DNA of 64,000 nucleotides from an uncultured delta proteobacterium (GTDB lineage: Bacteria > Desulfobacterota > Syntrophorhabdia > Syntrophorhabdales > WCHB1-27), in contig CAWEPK010000007.1 in the NCBI GenBank assembly GCA_963810935.1, positions 224,001-288,000 of the forward strand, read 5' to 3'. The notes under the pieces were generated by a model. The model was given only the letters and a program-made list of their open reading frames with translations, was not told the DNA's origin and made no database searches. Below, one piece after another: positions 40,386-49,812 of this stretch. The position numbers were made by a program, and so were the translations under genes. The stretch's first letter is position 1; each line of letters opens with the position of its first letter.

Positions 40386-41366
40386 TCACGCGACGCACGG
40401 CGCTGACCCGTTTACCGGTTGAGGGGCAGGGATGAAAACGGGGGCCTGGCCCAGGCGCTCGTCGATTGACGGGGGTTTGGCCTTCCCCTTCCGCTGGGGA
40501 CGGGGCGCCTTTACCGTCTGACCCGATTGCTGTGCTGAAGGCGCTGCCTGGGCAGGTGCGCCCATCGGCTGTCGGGTCGCGCGCTGCGCAGCCGGCCCAT
40601 CCGCTATCCCGGCCGGCGCACTGTTTTCAACCTGGTCGCACGCATTGGCCTCCGGCTTTGCGCGGCGTGAGCTGCGGCGCCTGCGGATGGTCTTCACCTC
40701 CGGCCGGTCCTCCAGCGATGCGTCGGGGAACCTGCCCGTCAGCAGCCTGAACGCCTCGCCGGGCTGTTTGAAGCGGAGGATGAGGTGGTTATAACAAATC
40801 CAGAGTGTGTACAGGGCGAGGACCGCGAAGGCGATCTGTCCGGTCAGGAGGACGAGCCCCATGAGGCTCGGAGCGGTTGCCGGGAAGGCGCCGCCGCCGA
40901 GCAGGTCCCATATGGTGCCGCTGAGGGAGCCGAGGACGACCGGGACTGTGGCGAGGCCGGGCCAGGCGAGCGCCACCAGCGCCCTGATGGCGGGCAGCAT
41001 GCAATAAAGGAAAGCCCCCCACAAGCCCGCCGTCAGGACCGTTTCCGTGATGATACGCGTTTTCGATTTCAGGTACGGCTTGTCGATGACGTTGAGCCCG
41101 CCTTGCTTATTTGCCGCGTCCGTTCTTCCGGGCAGGGCGGGGCGCATCTCCAGCACGTCGCCCCAAAACTGCTTGGAGCCCTGGTGCTGCTGTCCGGGCC
41201 GGGGAGCCACCAGCGCGCGTATGTCCTGTACCTCATTGCCCCCGCCTTGCAGGTTCCTTGTCTGCACTATAAGGACGGTATCGACGGACTGCCGGCGGGA
41301 CGCCAGGTTGTCCAGGATGTTCTGCACCCCCGACCAGCTCACTGCGCGTGCCGGAACCGCCGCCAT
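40386..41366 (-). CDS. PgaD-like membrane protein with N- and C-terminal extensions
   Basis: VIDKP...ETVLTAGLWGAFLY, LWICYNHLILRF; immediately after pgaC. Confidence 0.65.
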   Translation of the reverse strand: MAAVPARAVSWSGVQNILDNLASRRQSVDTVLIVQTRNLQGGGNEVQDIRALVAPRPGQQHQGSKQFWGDVLEMRPALPGRTDAANKQGGLNVIDKPYLKSKTRIITETVLTAGLWGAFLYCMLPAIRALVALAWPGLATVPVVLGSLSGTIWDLLGGGAFPATAPSLMGLVLLTGQIAFAVLALYTLWICYNHLILRFKQPGEAFRLLTGRFPDASLEDRPEVKTIRRRRSSRRAKPEANACDQVENSAPAGIADGPAAQRATRQPMGAPAQAAPSAQQSGQTVKAPRPQRKGKAKPPSIDERLGQAPVFIPAPQPVNGSAPCVA

Positions 41367-42682
41367 ATTACTTCCGTGCGCTTGTTTCCCGTTAACGTGT
41401 GTATCCCTCTGTCCGGACTCTGCCACGCTGCGCATATTCTTGACCTCCTTGTAATTAGTTTATAAACCGCGGTTATGCAGGCAAGGCTTTGGATCAGCCA
41501 GTATGCTGCCGGATACCATACGATCCAAAAGTAGATCTTCAGCCGGCTTGTGTGCTTCTCGTAGTGGAAATCGATGATGAGGCTCACCAGGAACTGCCAC
41601 ATGCAAAGCATGGCGAGGACCGTGCGGGTGGCAGCCGTGTCGGGCGACGAGGGCGCGAGAGCGGCGAACGCGACTTTAAGGCCGTCCGCGGCGGAGGGCG
41701 CCTGGGCCACCGAGCGGACGATGTCGACCCCGGCCGAGCACACCATGTACAGGCAGGAAAATATCAGGAGGTGGGCCCAGACGGTCGAAAACACGTACTC
41801 CATGTAAATGGGCCACAGCCGCCTGTGCCTCGCCTGGAACATCACCCGGTAATGCTTTTTCAATACCTCGATCCCTCCCTGGGCCCAGCGCACCCTCTGC
41901 CGCCACAGCCCCCCGACGGTCTCCGGGACGAGGACCCAGCAAAGGGCGCGCGGCTCGTAGCGCACATCCCAGGACCTGGTGTGCATCTTCCACGTTATCT
42001 CGATGTCTTCGGTGACTGCGGCAGGGTCGAAGAGGCCCACGTCGAAGACGGCGCTTTTTCTGTACGCCACTACCGCGCCGGAAACCGTGAGTATCCTGCC
42101 GTAGACCCGCTGCGCCCTTTTAATAAGGCCGATGATATAAGAATATTCGCCCACCTGTATCTTTCCGAGGAGCGTGGTGCGGTTCCGGACGCGCGGGCTG
42201 CCCGTCACAGCGCCGACGTTGTCCGATGCGACGAAGTGACCGACGAGGTAGGTAAGGGCGTCTTTCTCAAGCAAGCTGTCCGCGTCGACGACGACGATTA
42301 TCTCGCCGTTCGCCTTCGCCACTGCCTTGTTGAGGGCCATCGCCTTACCCTTGTTCGGAGATTGATGCATGGCCTTGAGCCACTGGGAGTTCTGCGCCGC
42401 CATGCGGTCTATGATCCGGCCCGTCCTGTCCGTGCTGCCGTCATCCACCACTATGACCTCGTAATAGGGGTACTCGAGGTCCCTCATGTTGTCGAGGGTC
42501 TCCTGGATGCAGTCTTCCTCGTCGTGGGCAGGCACAACGATTGTGACGAAGGGGTATATTCCGTCGCCGGCAACGTTCTTGTTCTCCCAGCGGAGCCTGA
42601 ATATAATTCCCCCTACTACCCAGACGACCACCATGCAGATCGGGTAAAAGAGAAGAAAATAGCCCGTCAAGCTTGCGACCAT
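41339..42682 (-). CDS. pgaC: PgaC PNAG synthase (GT2)
   Basis: DDGSTD, GKAMALN, DAD, TEDI, QRVRW, WQSPDRG. Confidence 0.93.
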   Translation of the reverse strand: MVASLTGYFLLFYPICMVVVWVVGGIIFRLRWENKNVAGDGIYPFVTIVVPAHDEEDCIQETLDNMRDLEYPYYEVIVVDDGSTDRTGRIIDRMAAQNSQWLKAMHQSPNKGKAMALNKAVAKANGEIIVVVDADSLLEKDALTYLVGHFVASDNVGAVTGSPRVRNRTTLLGKIQVGEYSYIIGLIKRAQRVYGRILTVSGAVVAYRKSAVFDVGLFDPAAVTEDIEITWKMHTRSWDVRYEPRALCWVLVPETVGGLWRQRVRWAQGGIEVLKKHYRVMFQARHRRLWPIYMEYVFSTVWAHLLIFSCLYMVCSAGVDIVRSVAQAPSAADGLKVAFAALAPSSPDTAATRTVLAMLCMWQFLVSLIIDFHYEKHTSRLKIYFWIVWYPAAYWLIQSLACITAVYKLITRRSRICAAWQSPDRGIHTLTGNKRTEVIWRRFRHAQ

Positions 42683-42791
42683 TGAAGTCCTCCGGATGTT
42701 TATGTAGTATGTCGTAAACCGGCGATAGGGACGGGAAGTGAAAAGCGCCTACCGATAGTCAGCCGCTTCCTGTCCTTGTTCGTGAGGGAAA

Positions 42792-42807
42792 AGCAAGGAG
42801 CGTGCCA
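42792..42807 (-). promoter_or_regulatory. sigma54 promoter upstream of pgaC
   Basis: TGGCACGCTCCTTGCT. Confidence 0.75.
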
Positions 42808-42946
42808 TCGCAAAGTATTGCGCTATTACAAGTAATGACAAGTTAAAGTGAACAATGACATGGTCGGCTGATGTAAAGGAATAGAACAGGCGGGGCCGGG
42901 GCGGACAGGACAGAGAGTGCTGCAGAGCGAGGTGGGACAAGGGTTT

Positions 42947-43139
42947 CGGGGGTGGTGTAGGATTAGTTGTCAGTATAAAGGAAACGTACAGTGGGGTGAC
43001 TCGCGCCGTCCGCGGACCACCCGCATGCACGGTGGCATCTTTTCAGCACGCGTTTTACCGTGCGGGCACCCGGCAAACCTACTTTCAACCGATATGACGG
43101 ATGCGGCGCCCTGCTCAGCGCGTGCCCTCCGACGTACAT
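42947..43139 (+). repeat. ~190-bp dispersed repeat copy B
   Basis: Direct copy of 35426-35612. Confidence 0.8.
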
Positions 43140-43144
43140 TCAAT

Positions 43145-43233
43145 GTGATACTGCAAAGGCAATGCTACTGGCACTAAGAGCGGGCTATACCATATCTCCC
43201 TCGCCCCTTGGGGGAGAGGGTAGGGTGAGGGGT
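43145..43233. repeat. Left ~90-bp inverted repeat flanking the hydratase gene
   Basis: Aligns with the reverse complement of 44203-44292. Confidence 0.8.
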
Positions 43234-43319
43234 GGATTTGTCTTGCAACGAACAAGAGGGTGTGCAAGAATGGACAACGGAAGTCAGACGAATCATAACT
43301 GAAAATAAATGGGGGAAAC

Positions 43320-44198
43320 ATGAGAGTACGTAGGCCGGAAAGCGTTGTTGCATTGTCGGTCATGATGTCGATCCTTTTTCTTGCGGTCGTCTTTTGTGAG
43401 GCGAATGCGGCAGGCACAGGCGCACAGCTCGCCGGGCAATTCCTTAATAAGACGCCCGTGACAACGAGCGATCCGGCAATGACCATGGAGCAGGGGATAA
43501 AAGCCCAGGAAGAGTTTATCGGTGCTATCAGCAGGGAGTTTGGAGAGCCGGTAGGTTACAAGGCCGGGCTGACGAACCCCGTCGCACAGAAAATGTTCGG
43601 CGTCTCCCAGCCGGTCAGGGGCACCATGCTCAGGAAGATGTTCCTGCCGAATGGGAGTGTCGTGCCTGCGGCATTCGGCTCCCTTCCCTTCTGTGAAGGG
43701 GACCTGGTCGTCCGGGTAGGGGACGAGGCCGTCAACCAGGCCAAAACGCCGGAAGAGACCTTGAAATGGCTCGATGCGGTTATCCCTTTCACCGAGCTTC
43801 CGGATATGGTCTATGACAAGAGCGTCAAGCTGACCGCGCCTGCCGTTGTCGCGATTAACGTCGGCGCCCGCTACGGTATAATCGGCGTCCCGATCCCTCT
43901 CTCCGCGACACCCGAGTGGATTGCGCGCCTGAAGGATTTCTCTGTAAAAGTGGTTGACGAAAAAGGGACGGTCCTCGGCGAAGGCAAGGGTACCGCGCTG
44001 CTGGGCGGCCCGCTCAACGTAGTCCTGTGGATCAAAAACTCCCTCGCCGCGGAGGGCAAGAAGCTAAAGAAGGGCGACCTTCTATCTCTCGGTTCGCTGA
44101 CGAGGCCGATACAAGTCAAACCAGGCATGACCGTCCGTTCCATATATACAGGTCTGGATCCAAAAGGCCCGGTAGAAATATCGGTAAGTTTTAAGTGA
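43320..44198 (+). CDS. FAH-family 2-oxopent-4-enoate hydratase-like protein with signal peptide
   Basis: VGYKAGLT, PVRG, EGDL, ELPD, INVGAR, LKKGDLLSLGS. Confidence 0.8.
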   Translation: MRVRRPESVVALSVMMSILFLAVVFCEANAAGTGAQLAGQFLNKTPVTTSDPAMTMEQGIKAQEEFIGAISREFGEPVGYKAGLTNPVAQKMFGVSQPVRGTMLRKMFLPNGSVVPAAFGSLPFCEGDLVVRVGDEAVNQAKTPEETLKWLDAVIPFTELPDMVYDKSVKLTAPAVVAINVGARYGIIGVPIPLSATPEWIARLKDFSVKVVDEKGTVLGEGKGTALLGGPLNVVLWIKNSLAAEGKKLKKGDLLSLGSLTRPIQVKPGMTVRSIYTGLDPKGPVEISVSFK

Positions 44199-44202
44199 GA
44201 AG

Positions 44203-44335
44203 ACCCCTCACCCCGCCCTCTCCCCCAAGGGGAGAGGGAGACAGGGGGGCAGCCCGCCCTTAGCGCCGTTGGCATCGCTTTTGTAGTATCCCACATTACG
44301 CCATAGTACAACCCGCCCTTGCCGCCGCCCAAAGC
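44203..44335. repeat. Right inverted repeat / REP-like element
   Basis: cccctcaccccgccctctcccccaaggggagaggg...gcatcgcttttgtagtatccc. Confidence 0.8.
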
Positions 44336-44391
44336 ATTGGTTTTGCTTTTTTTTTGGCCTATCGCGATTTGATGGCGATCGCTCCCACCCG

Positions 44392-46389
44392 CTAGTGCTT
44401 GCGCATGTCGCGTATATACTCCTGGCCTGACAGTACTGACGCTATCGCGTCCCTCCTCGGTTTATCCTCCGTCACGCCGTCGGGGGTGTACGCCACGTGC
44501 TTCGCGCCTAGTGAAAGCAGGTAAGAGATCTCCTCCTTCAACGTCGTCTCGTCGACCCATGCCTGCCTGTCCCAGTCGTATGCCTGGACCTCGAAGATGG
44601 CCTTCGCCGTCCCGTTCTCTTTTTTCACGCGGTCGAACATGGTCCTCATCCATTTTTTGACGCTGCTTTTGCCGCCGATCTTCTCCGCGCGGGAGTGCGC
44701 CATGATGAGCGTGTAATCGTAGTTCCTGACGAAGGAGGCGAGCTCCTGGGCAAACCTTTCCTGGGAAGCCGGGTTGGTGACGACCTCGCTGTAAATGCTC
44801 CGCGCCGTCTTGATGATGGGCCGGAAGGTACGGACGGTCTCGATGAGGGCCGCAACGTATGCATCGAGGGCGGCCGTCTTCATGGCCGTCCATTCCTTCG
44901 CGGACTCAGGATCGGCGAGGGCATCAGGCGAGAGCGCCCGGCCGAACGCTTTCTCGTAAGCGGATGACGCGGCCGGATGGTAGTCCTCCTCGTCGGAGAG
45001 GTAGGCGTCGTCCTCGATGAGTATCCCGTCGAAGTCCATCTGGGCGGCCAGGTCTTTGAACATGGCCCGCGAGACCTGGAGGCTTCCGGCGTCAAATGGG
45101 GAAAGTCGCTTGTGCGATGAGTCGGAAGCGCGGACCTTACCGTCCTCCCTATCGCGGACCCAAAGGGGTTCGGTCTTCGGTGTATCGGGCAGATCAAAGG
45201 CGAGTGCCGGCATAGACACGAAGACCTGCATCCCCCTTGCCCTTATCCTGTTGACTGCGTGGCTCAGGAAGTCCATCTCAACGGGCAGGGTCTGGTTGCT
45301 GAAGTACAGCGCGCGCGCGCTGCCTGTCCCGTCAGGGTCGGAGAACGCCGGCACGATGACCGTGTTGACTCCGAGGGCCGAGAGCCTGTCGAGGCACTTG
45401 CCCAGGTTCGCGTCGCTTCCTTCGTAAGAACCCCGCTCCACGATCCTGTCGAGGTCGATCCGGACGGCCCTGATGAGGAGCGCGTCGAGGAGCCCCTGCT
45501 TCATCTCTTCCTTGAAGGTGGGCACCCAGTAGAGCATGTTGTGCGCGTAATAGCGGTTTATCCTGTCCAGGCGGTGTATGTCGCCGAAACCGTCGTCGAG
45601 TGTGAGGAAAACGGCGAAGCCCGCCTTCTTCCCTTCTTCCAGGGCGATCATGTTATAGGCCCCGTAAGGCCAGGTGTAGACGACGGGTTTTTTTCCGAGC
45701 TTCTCCCCGAAGACGGCAAGGGTCTTTTCCATGTCGGCCCGTATACGCCTTCTGAAGCCCTCCTCCGTCTCGTAGGAGCTGCTTGTCCGGTCGTAGACGA
45801 ACGTCACGCCTGCGGGCTCGATATTGCCCTGGGGATTCGAAGCGACCAGCTTATGGAGCCCGTCCGAGTGGGTGGCCATAGTGACGAGACCGGAGGCCGC
45901 CACCTCACGTACCTGGTCCCAGCTCATGAACTGCTTTTCCTTATAAAAGGCGCCGGGTGCGTCCCTCCGGTCCGTCCAGGAAGTGACTATGGAGAGGACT
46001 GCCGGGTAGCTGTAGAGCTTAAGCGCAGGGTAGACGATCTTATAGAAGCTCTCGTAGCCGTCGTCGAACGTGAGGAGGAGCGCCCTTTCGGGCAGCGCCT
46101 TTTTGCCTGCCGCGGCCTCCAGTATATCGTTCATGGAGACGGGGTGAAAACCCGCGGCCCGGAAAAAGCCGAGCTGCTCGATGAACTTCTCGGGAGTGAA
46201 GTCGTCAGGCGCTACGGGCTTATCCGTTATATCGTGATAGGTCACGGCGATGAACCGGTCCGATTCGGCGGAACCGGCGCTCGGCGGGCAGGCCGCCGGC
46301 AGGACGGCAGTCGCCACGAAGATTAGGGCTGCAGTCAGGACCCTGAAAGTATTTCTCGATCCGGAGGAAGATCTCGGGGACATCGGCAT
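44392..46389 (-). CDS. pgaB: PgaB PNAG N-deacetylase/hydrolase, copy 2 (start uncertain)
   Basis: TYHD, LLTFDDGY, HSDGLH, WPYG, IEDDAYL; colinear paralog of 35990-37930. Confidence 0.9.
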   Translation of the reverse strand: MPMSPRSSSGSRNTFRVLTAALIFVATAVLPAACPPSAGSAESDRFIAVTYHDITDKPVAPDDFTPEKFIEQLGFFRAAGFHPVSMNDILEAAAGKKALPERALLLTFDDGYESFYKIVYPALKLYSYPAVLSIVTSWTDRRDAPGAFYKEKQFMSWDQVREVAASGLVTMATHSDGLHKLVASNPQGNIEPAGVTFVYDRTSSSYETEEGFRRRIRADMEKTLAVFGEKLGKKPVVYTWPYGAYNMIALEEGKKAGFAVFLTLDDGFGDIHRLDRINRYYAHNMLYWVPTFKEEMKQGLLDALLIRAVRIDLDRIVERGSYEGSDANLGKCLDRLSALGVNTVIVPAFSDPDGTGSARALYFSNQTLPVEMDFLSHAVNRIRARGMQVFVSMPALAFDLPDTPKTEPLWVRDREDGKVRASDSSHKRLSPFDAGSLQVSRAMFKDLAAQMDFDGILIEDDAYLSDEEDYHPAASSAYEKAFGRALSPDALADPESAKEWTAMKTAALDAYVAALIETVRTFRPIIKTARSIYSEVVTNPASQERFAQELASFVRNYDYTLIMAHSRAEKIGGKSSVKKWMRTMFDRVKKENGTAKAIFEVQAYDWDRQAWVDETTLKEEISYLLSLGAKHVAYTPDGVTEDKPRRDAIASVLSGQEYIRDMRKH

Positions 46390-46669
46390 ACCTCCCATGT
46401 TAAGCTCGTGTTGCCTTGGGGGGGGCGACGCGGAAAAGGCGCATACGGCCTTCGCATCCCGCCCGGCTTTTTTGCCTCTCTCGGCTTCTCTTCTTCTGTC
46501 TTGGTCTGTTCTTTGCTTCGAAGGGCGGCCCGAAAAGCCGCCCGCTGTCCGGTACGACAACTATTTACATGGTAATTGGAAGCAGTGGGCTTGTCAACCG
46601 GAAAATGGACTTATGCCCGCGCCGGCATCAATTGCCTTGACAACGCGAGTCGCTATTTGATATATCGGC

Positions 46670-46812
46670 TTTGTCGGTCCTGTGAGCTTAAGGCTCGACC
46701 CACAGCCGGGACGCCACGTTCGGCGGGCGGTTCGATTTGTTTGCGGCCGAACGATAGCACCGCACCTTGAGCAGGGGTAAGGGGGCGCCTTCGGGCGCCC
46801 CCTTATTCTTTT
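46670..46812 (+). ncRNA. Candidate small structured RNA
   Basis: TTGACA at ~46637 with a TATAT-like -10, two hairpins, then a GC hairpin + T-run terminator; family not recognised. Confidence 0.35.
46778..46812. terminator. Rho-independent terminator
   Basis: aagggggcgcc-ttcg-ggcgcccccttattctttt. Confidence 0.8.
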
Positions 46813-46866
46813 GTGGAATCGTAAAACTCGAAGACAATTGTTGTTACGTTGGAAACGGGGCGCGGG

Positions 46867-47283
46867 CTACTTCGGCGCCCCTTCCGGCGCCGCCGGCGCG
46901 CTTGCCTGCGGCTGCTGCGCCTTCGCGTCTTTAATGAGCTGCGCCACCCTCGACGTCGCCGACACCGGCTCGATTATGACGATATGCTGCTTATTGATGC
47001 TCATATGGTCGGGGCCGTGCCACTCGCTCCCCCGCTTCACCAATATATTCGCCACCTGCTTGCCGTCCGGCGAGGTCTGCCTGCCTATATAATAGACGTC
47101 GCGCAAAAGCGGAAAGGCGGAAGCCCCCTTCTCCATCTTGCCGAAGAATACCTGCCCGTTGTCCATGAAGACCGCCTGGTACTCCGTCGTCAGCGCCGGG
47201 CCGCCCTGCTCGCACGCGCCCAGGAAAAGGCACAGCACCGCCAGCAGGACTATGCCGAAAAGAGCCCTCTTTGGTGGCATCAT
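46867..47283 (-). CDS. Conserved hypothetical lipoprotein
   Basis: LGAC lipobox; YQAVFMDNGQVFFGK...LVKRGSEWHGP. Confidence 0.75.
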   Translation of the reverse strand: MMPPKRALFGIVLLAVLCLFLGACEQGGPALTTEYQAVFMDNGQVFFGKMEKGASAFPLLRDVYYIGRQTSPDGKQVANILVKRGSEWHGPDHMSINKQHIVIIEPVSATSRVAQLIKDAKAQQPQASAPAAPEGAPK

Positions 47284-47309
47284 ATATCTCCTTTCAATTC
47301 CTTTTTAGT

Positions 47310-49577
47310 TTAGCGCTTGCCTGCCGGTTTCTTTCGCCGGGTCCGCATGCGCAGGCCGTAAAGGCCCGCGAGCCCCGGCGCCAGAAGCAGAATGCCCGGC
47401 GGTACAGGGGTAACGACGAGGTATGCATCGTTCGACTCGTAATCCATATAGAAATCGGTAGACCCCGTCAACTGCGCGAACGTACCGGTCAATCCGCCTG
47501 CCGCGTGGACGATGTCGAACCTGTCACCCGCCATTATGACCGCCCCGGTGAGGACGTTGATCTGGAGAGTGCCTCCCAGCACGGTTACGCCGGTGCTGTT
47601 CACTACGAGCTGGCTGTAGCCCGTCCCGGCGCCGCCTGCTGCTTTCAGTATGTCGACGGCAAGTGCGCCCGTGTTGGAGTAAGTGCCGTTCACCGTGACT
47701 ACCCCAGGCGAGTTGCCCGGATGCAGGCTGCCGCCCGTCCCTACCGTTAGGCCCCCGTTGATGCTGCCTGCGCCTTGCAGGATCCCGCCCTGGATGGAGA
47801 TAAGGTCTGCGGACAGGCCGCCGTTTACTACGGTCGTGCCTGCGGTTTGCGTATAGGCGCCGCCGCCTCCGACCGCAAAGGTGCTGCCCGTCCCGAAGGT
47901 CATCGAACCCGCGTTGCTGAAGGCCCCGGCGGTGGTAAAATTGGCGCCGTTCGTGATGGTGAAGCTGCCTCCGGCCGCGTTCGCACTGAAGCCGGAGAGG
48001 GCGTTCGAGCTGTCTGGGCGGGTGATCGACGCGGACGCGCCGTTTAGGATGATCGTCGCTGCGTTGGTCTGGATGCTGTCGGTGGTCAGGACCGGCAGGA
48101 CGAGCGTGCCAGCCACGTCGTACGTGCCGCCCGTAAGCGTGCCGGCGGAGTAGTTGGCGAGACTTCCGGAGACATTCAAAGTACTGCCGGAAGAGGCGCG
48201 CAATGTGCCCGTATTCGTGAAGGAGCCCGTGACATTAATGTTCAACCCGCCTGTCCCGGTCGCCTGCATGATATTTGAGTTGCTGCTGGCGCCGCCCAGG
48301 TACACGGTGAGGACGCTGCTCTGGTCGGCCGTGATCGTGCCGTTGTTCGTGACCTGGCCGCCCACTATGCCCGCGCCCCTGATGGTGTGGAGCGTATCGT
48401 TCACGAGCGCGGCGCCGGGGCTGCCGAGAACACCGCCGTTCGACAGCGTGAGCGTACCCGAGCCGGAAAGCGTCAGGCTGCCCATCCCAGGGCTGATGGT
48501 TGCGTTGTTGAGGGTTATGGCGCCGTTGTTGGTTATGGTGCCTGTAGCCGTCAGAGACTGGCCCGGGTTTACCTGTAAGCCGGCATTTTGGCCTATGGTC
48601 ATGCTGACGTTCATAAGGGAGGCATTACCGGAGCTGAGGATAAGCGAGCCTGCGCCGGTCGCCGTGAAGCTGCCGCCCGTGAACATACTGCTGCCCAAAT
48701 CGACGGTGCCGCCACCCGACGCGCTGATCGTGCCGCCCGCATTGTTTACGGTGCTGCTCCCGAATAATACCGTGCCCCCGGCGCCTGCCTGAATAGCGCC
48801 CGAATTGGTGAGCGCCTGTGAGTTTAAAGTCATGGTCGCGTTCGTGGCCTGCATGGCGCCCTGGTTGATAAGGGGCCCCGTCATCTGTACCGGCCCGCCC
48901 GCTGCCAGGATATTGCCCGTGTTCGTGAAGGAGCCCGTGACATTAATGTTCAACCCGCCTGTCCCGGTCGCCTGCATGATATTTGAGTTGCTGCTGGCGC
49001 CGCCCAGGTACACGGTGAGGACGCTGCTCTGGTCGGCCGTGATCGTGCCGTTGTTCGTGACCTGGCCGCCCACTATGCCCGCGCCCCTGATGGTGTGGAG
49101 CGTATCGTTCACGAGCGCGGCGCCGGGGCTGCCGAGAACACCGCCGTTCGACAGCGTGAGCGTACCCGAGCCGGAAAGCGTCAGGCTGCCCATCCCAGGG
49201 CTGATGGTTGCGTTGTTGAGGGTTATGGCGCCGTTGTTGGTTATGGTGCTTGCCCCGCCCAGGCCGGAAAGCGTTAGAAGGTTGCCGGACGACGCAGAGA
49301 GGCTTTGGCCGGAGGCAAGAGTCAGGTCGGCGATAGAGGCGGATTGGTCCAGGGTGACGGCCCCGGTGTTTATAAATACGTCATAACCGCCGTTCGGTAC
49401 GGTAGCGGGGTTCCAGTTGCTGCTGACGCTCCAGTCGCCCGTTCCTCCGGTCCATGTTGCAGTCGTAGGCGTTTGCGCCAGGCCCGCGACAGGCAGCGAA
49501 CATAACATTAACAGGGAGGCCAGCGAGAGGGATAGCCCCCTCACCAACGCCGGCCCTCTTTCCAACCTGCTTGCCAT
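47310..49577 (-). CDS. Beta-helix adhesin-like surface protein with PEP-CTERM-like sorting signal
   Basis: Signal peptide, WTGGTGDWS..NW, G/T/N-rich repeats, PGNSPG, C-terminal TPVPPGILLLAPGLAGLYGLRMRTRRKK. Confidence 0.85.
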   Translation of the reverse strand: MASRLERGPALVRGLSLSLASLLMLCSLPVAGLAQTPTTATWTGGTGDWSVSSNWNPATVPNGGYDVFINTGAVTLDQSASIADLTLASGQSLSASSGNLLTLSGLGGASTITNNGAITLNNATISPGMGSLTLSGSGTLTLSNGGVLGSPGAALVNDTLHTIRGAGIVGGQVTNNGTITADQSSVLTVYLGGASSNSNIMQATGTGGLNINVTGSFTNTGNILAAGGPVQMTGPLINQGAMQATNATMTLNSQALTNSGAIQAGAGGTVLFGSSTVNNAGGTISASGGGTVDLGSSMFTGGSFTATGAGSLILSSGNASLMNVSMTIGQNAGLQVNPGQSLTATGTITNNGAITLNNATISPGMGSLTLSGSGTLTLSNGGVLGSPGAALVNDTLHTIRGAGIVGGQVTNNGTITADQSSVLTVYLGGASSNSNIMQATGTGGLNINVTGSFTNTGTLRASSGSTLNVSGSLANYSAGTLTGGTYDVAGTLVLPVLTTDSIQTNAATIILNGASASITRPDSSNALSGFSANAAGGSFTITNGANFTTAGAFSNAGSMTFGTGSTFAVGGGGAYTQTAGTTVVNGGLSADLISIQGGILQGAGSINGGLTVGTGGSLHPGNSPGVVTVNGTYSNTGALAVDILKAAGGAGTGYSQLVVNSTGVTVLGGTLQINVLTGAVIMAGDRFDIVHAAGGLTGTFAQLTGSTDFYMDYESNDAYLVVTPVPPGILLLAPGLAGLYGLRMRTRRKKPAGKR
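48214..49249. repeat. Internal direct duplication, 48214-48541 and 48922-49249
   Basis: ~328 bp apparently identical, offset 708 bp (in frame). Confidence 0.85.
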
Positions 49578-49812
49578 AAACTCTCCAAGGACTGCGCAAC
49601 AAGAAAAGGCATGCGTGGAAATAAGGCTACCCGGACGGCCGCGCGGACGAACGACGTACGGCAACCCACGCAACGGGCTTCCCGGGTCATACACTCTTTA
49701 AGGAATGAACCATACTAAAACAGTGTATAACCGGATGTCAAGAACAAAAGGATTGGGGGAAAATAGATGTTTACGTTGCGAAGCCCTGGCTTTCGAATCC
49801 CGGTAACTGCTT

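Noticed and set aside
48214..49249. Duplicated block as a DGR template/variable repeat pair
   Set aside because: Copies look identical with no adenine-specific mismatches, both lie inside one ORF, and no reverse transcriptase is present
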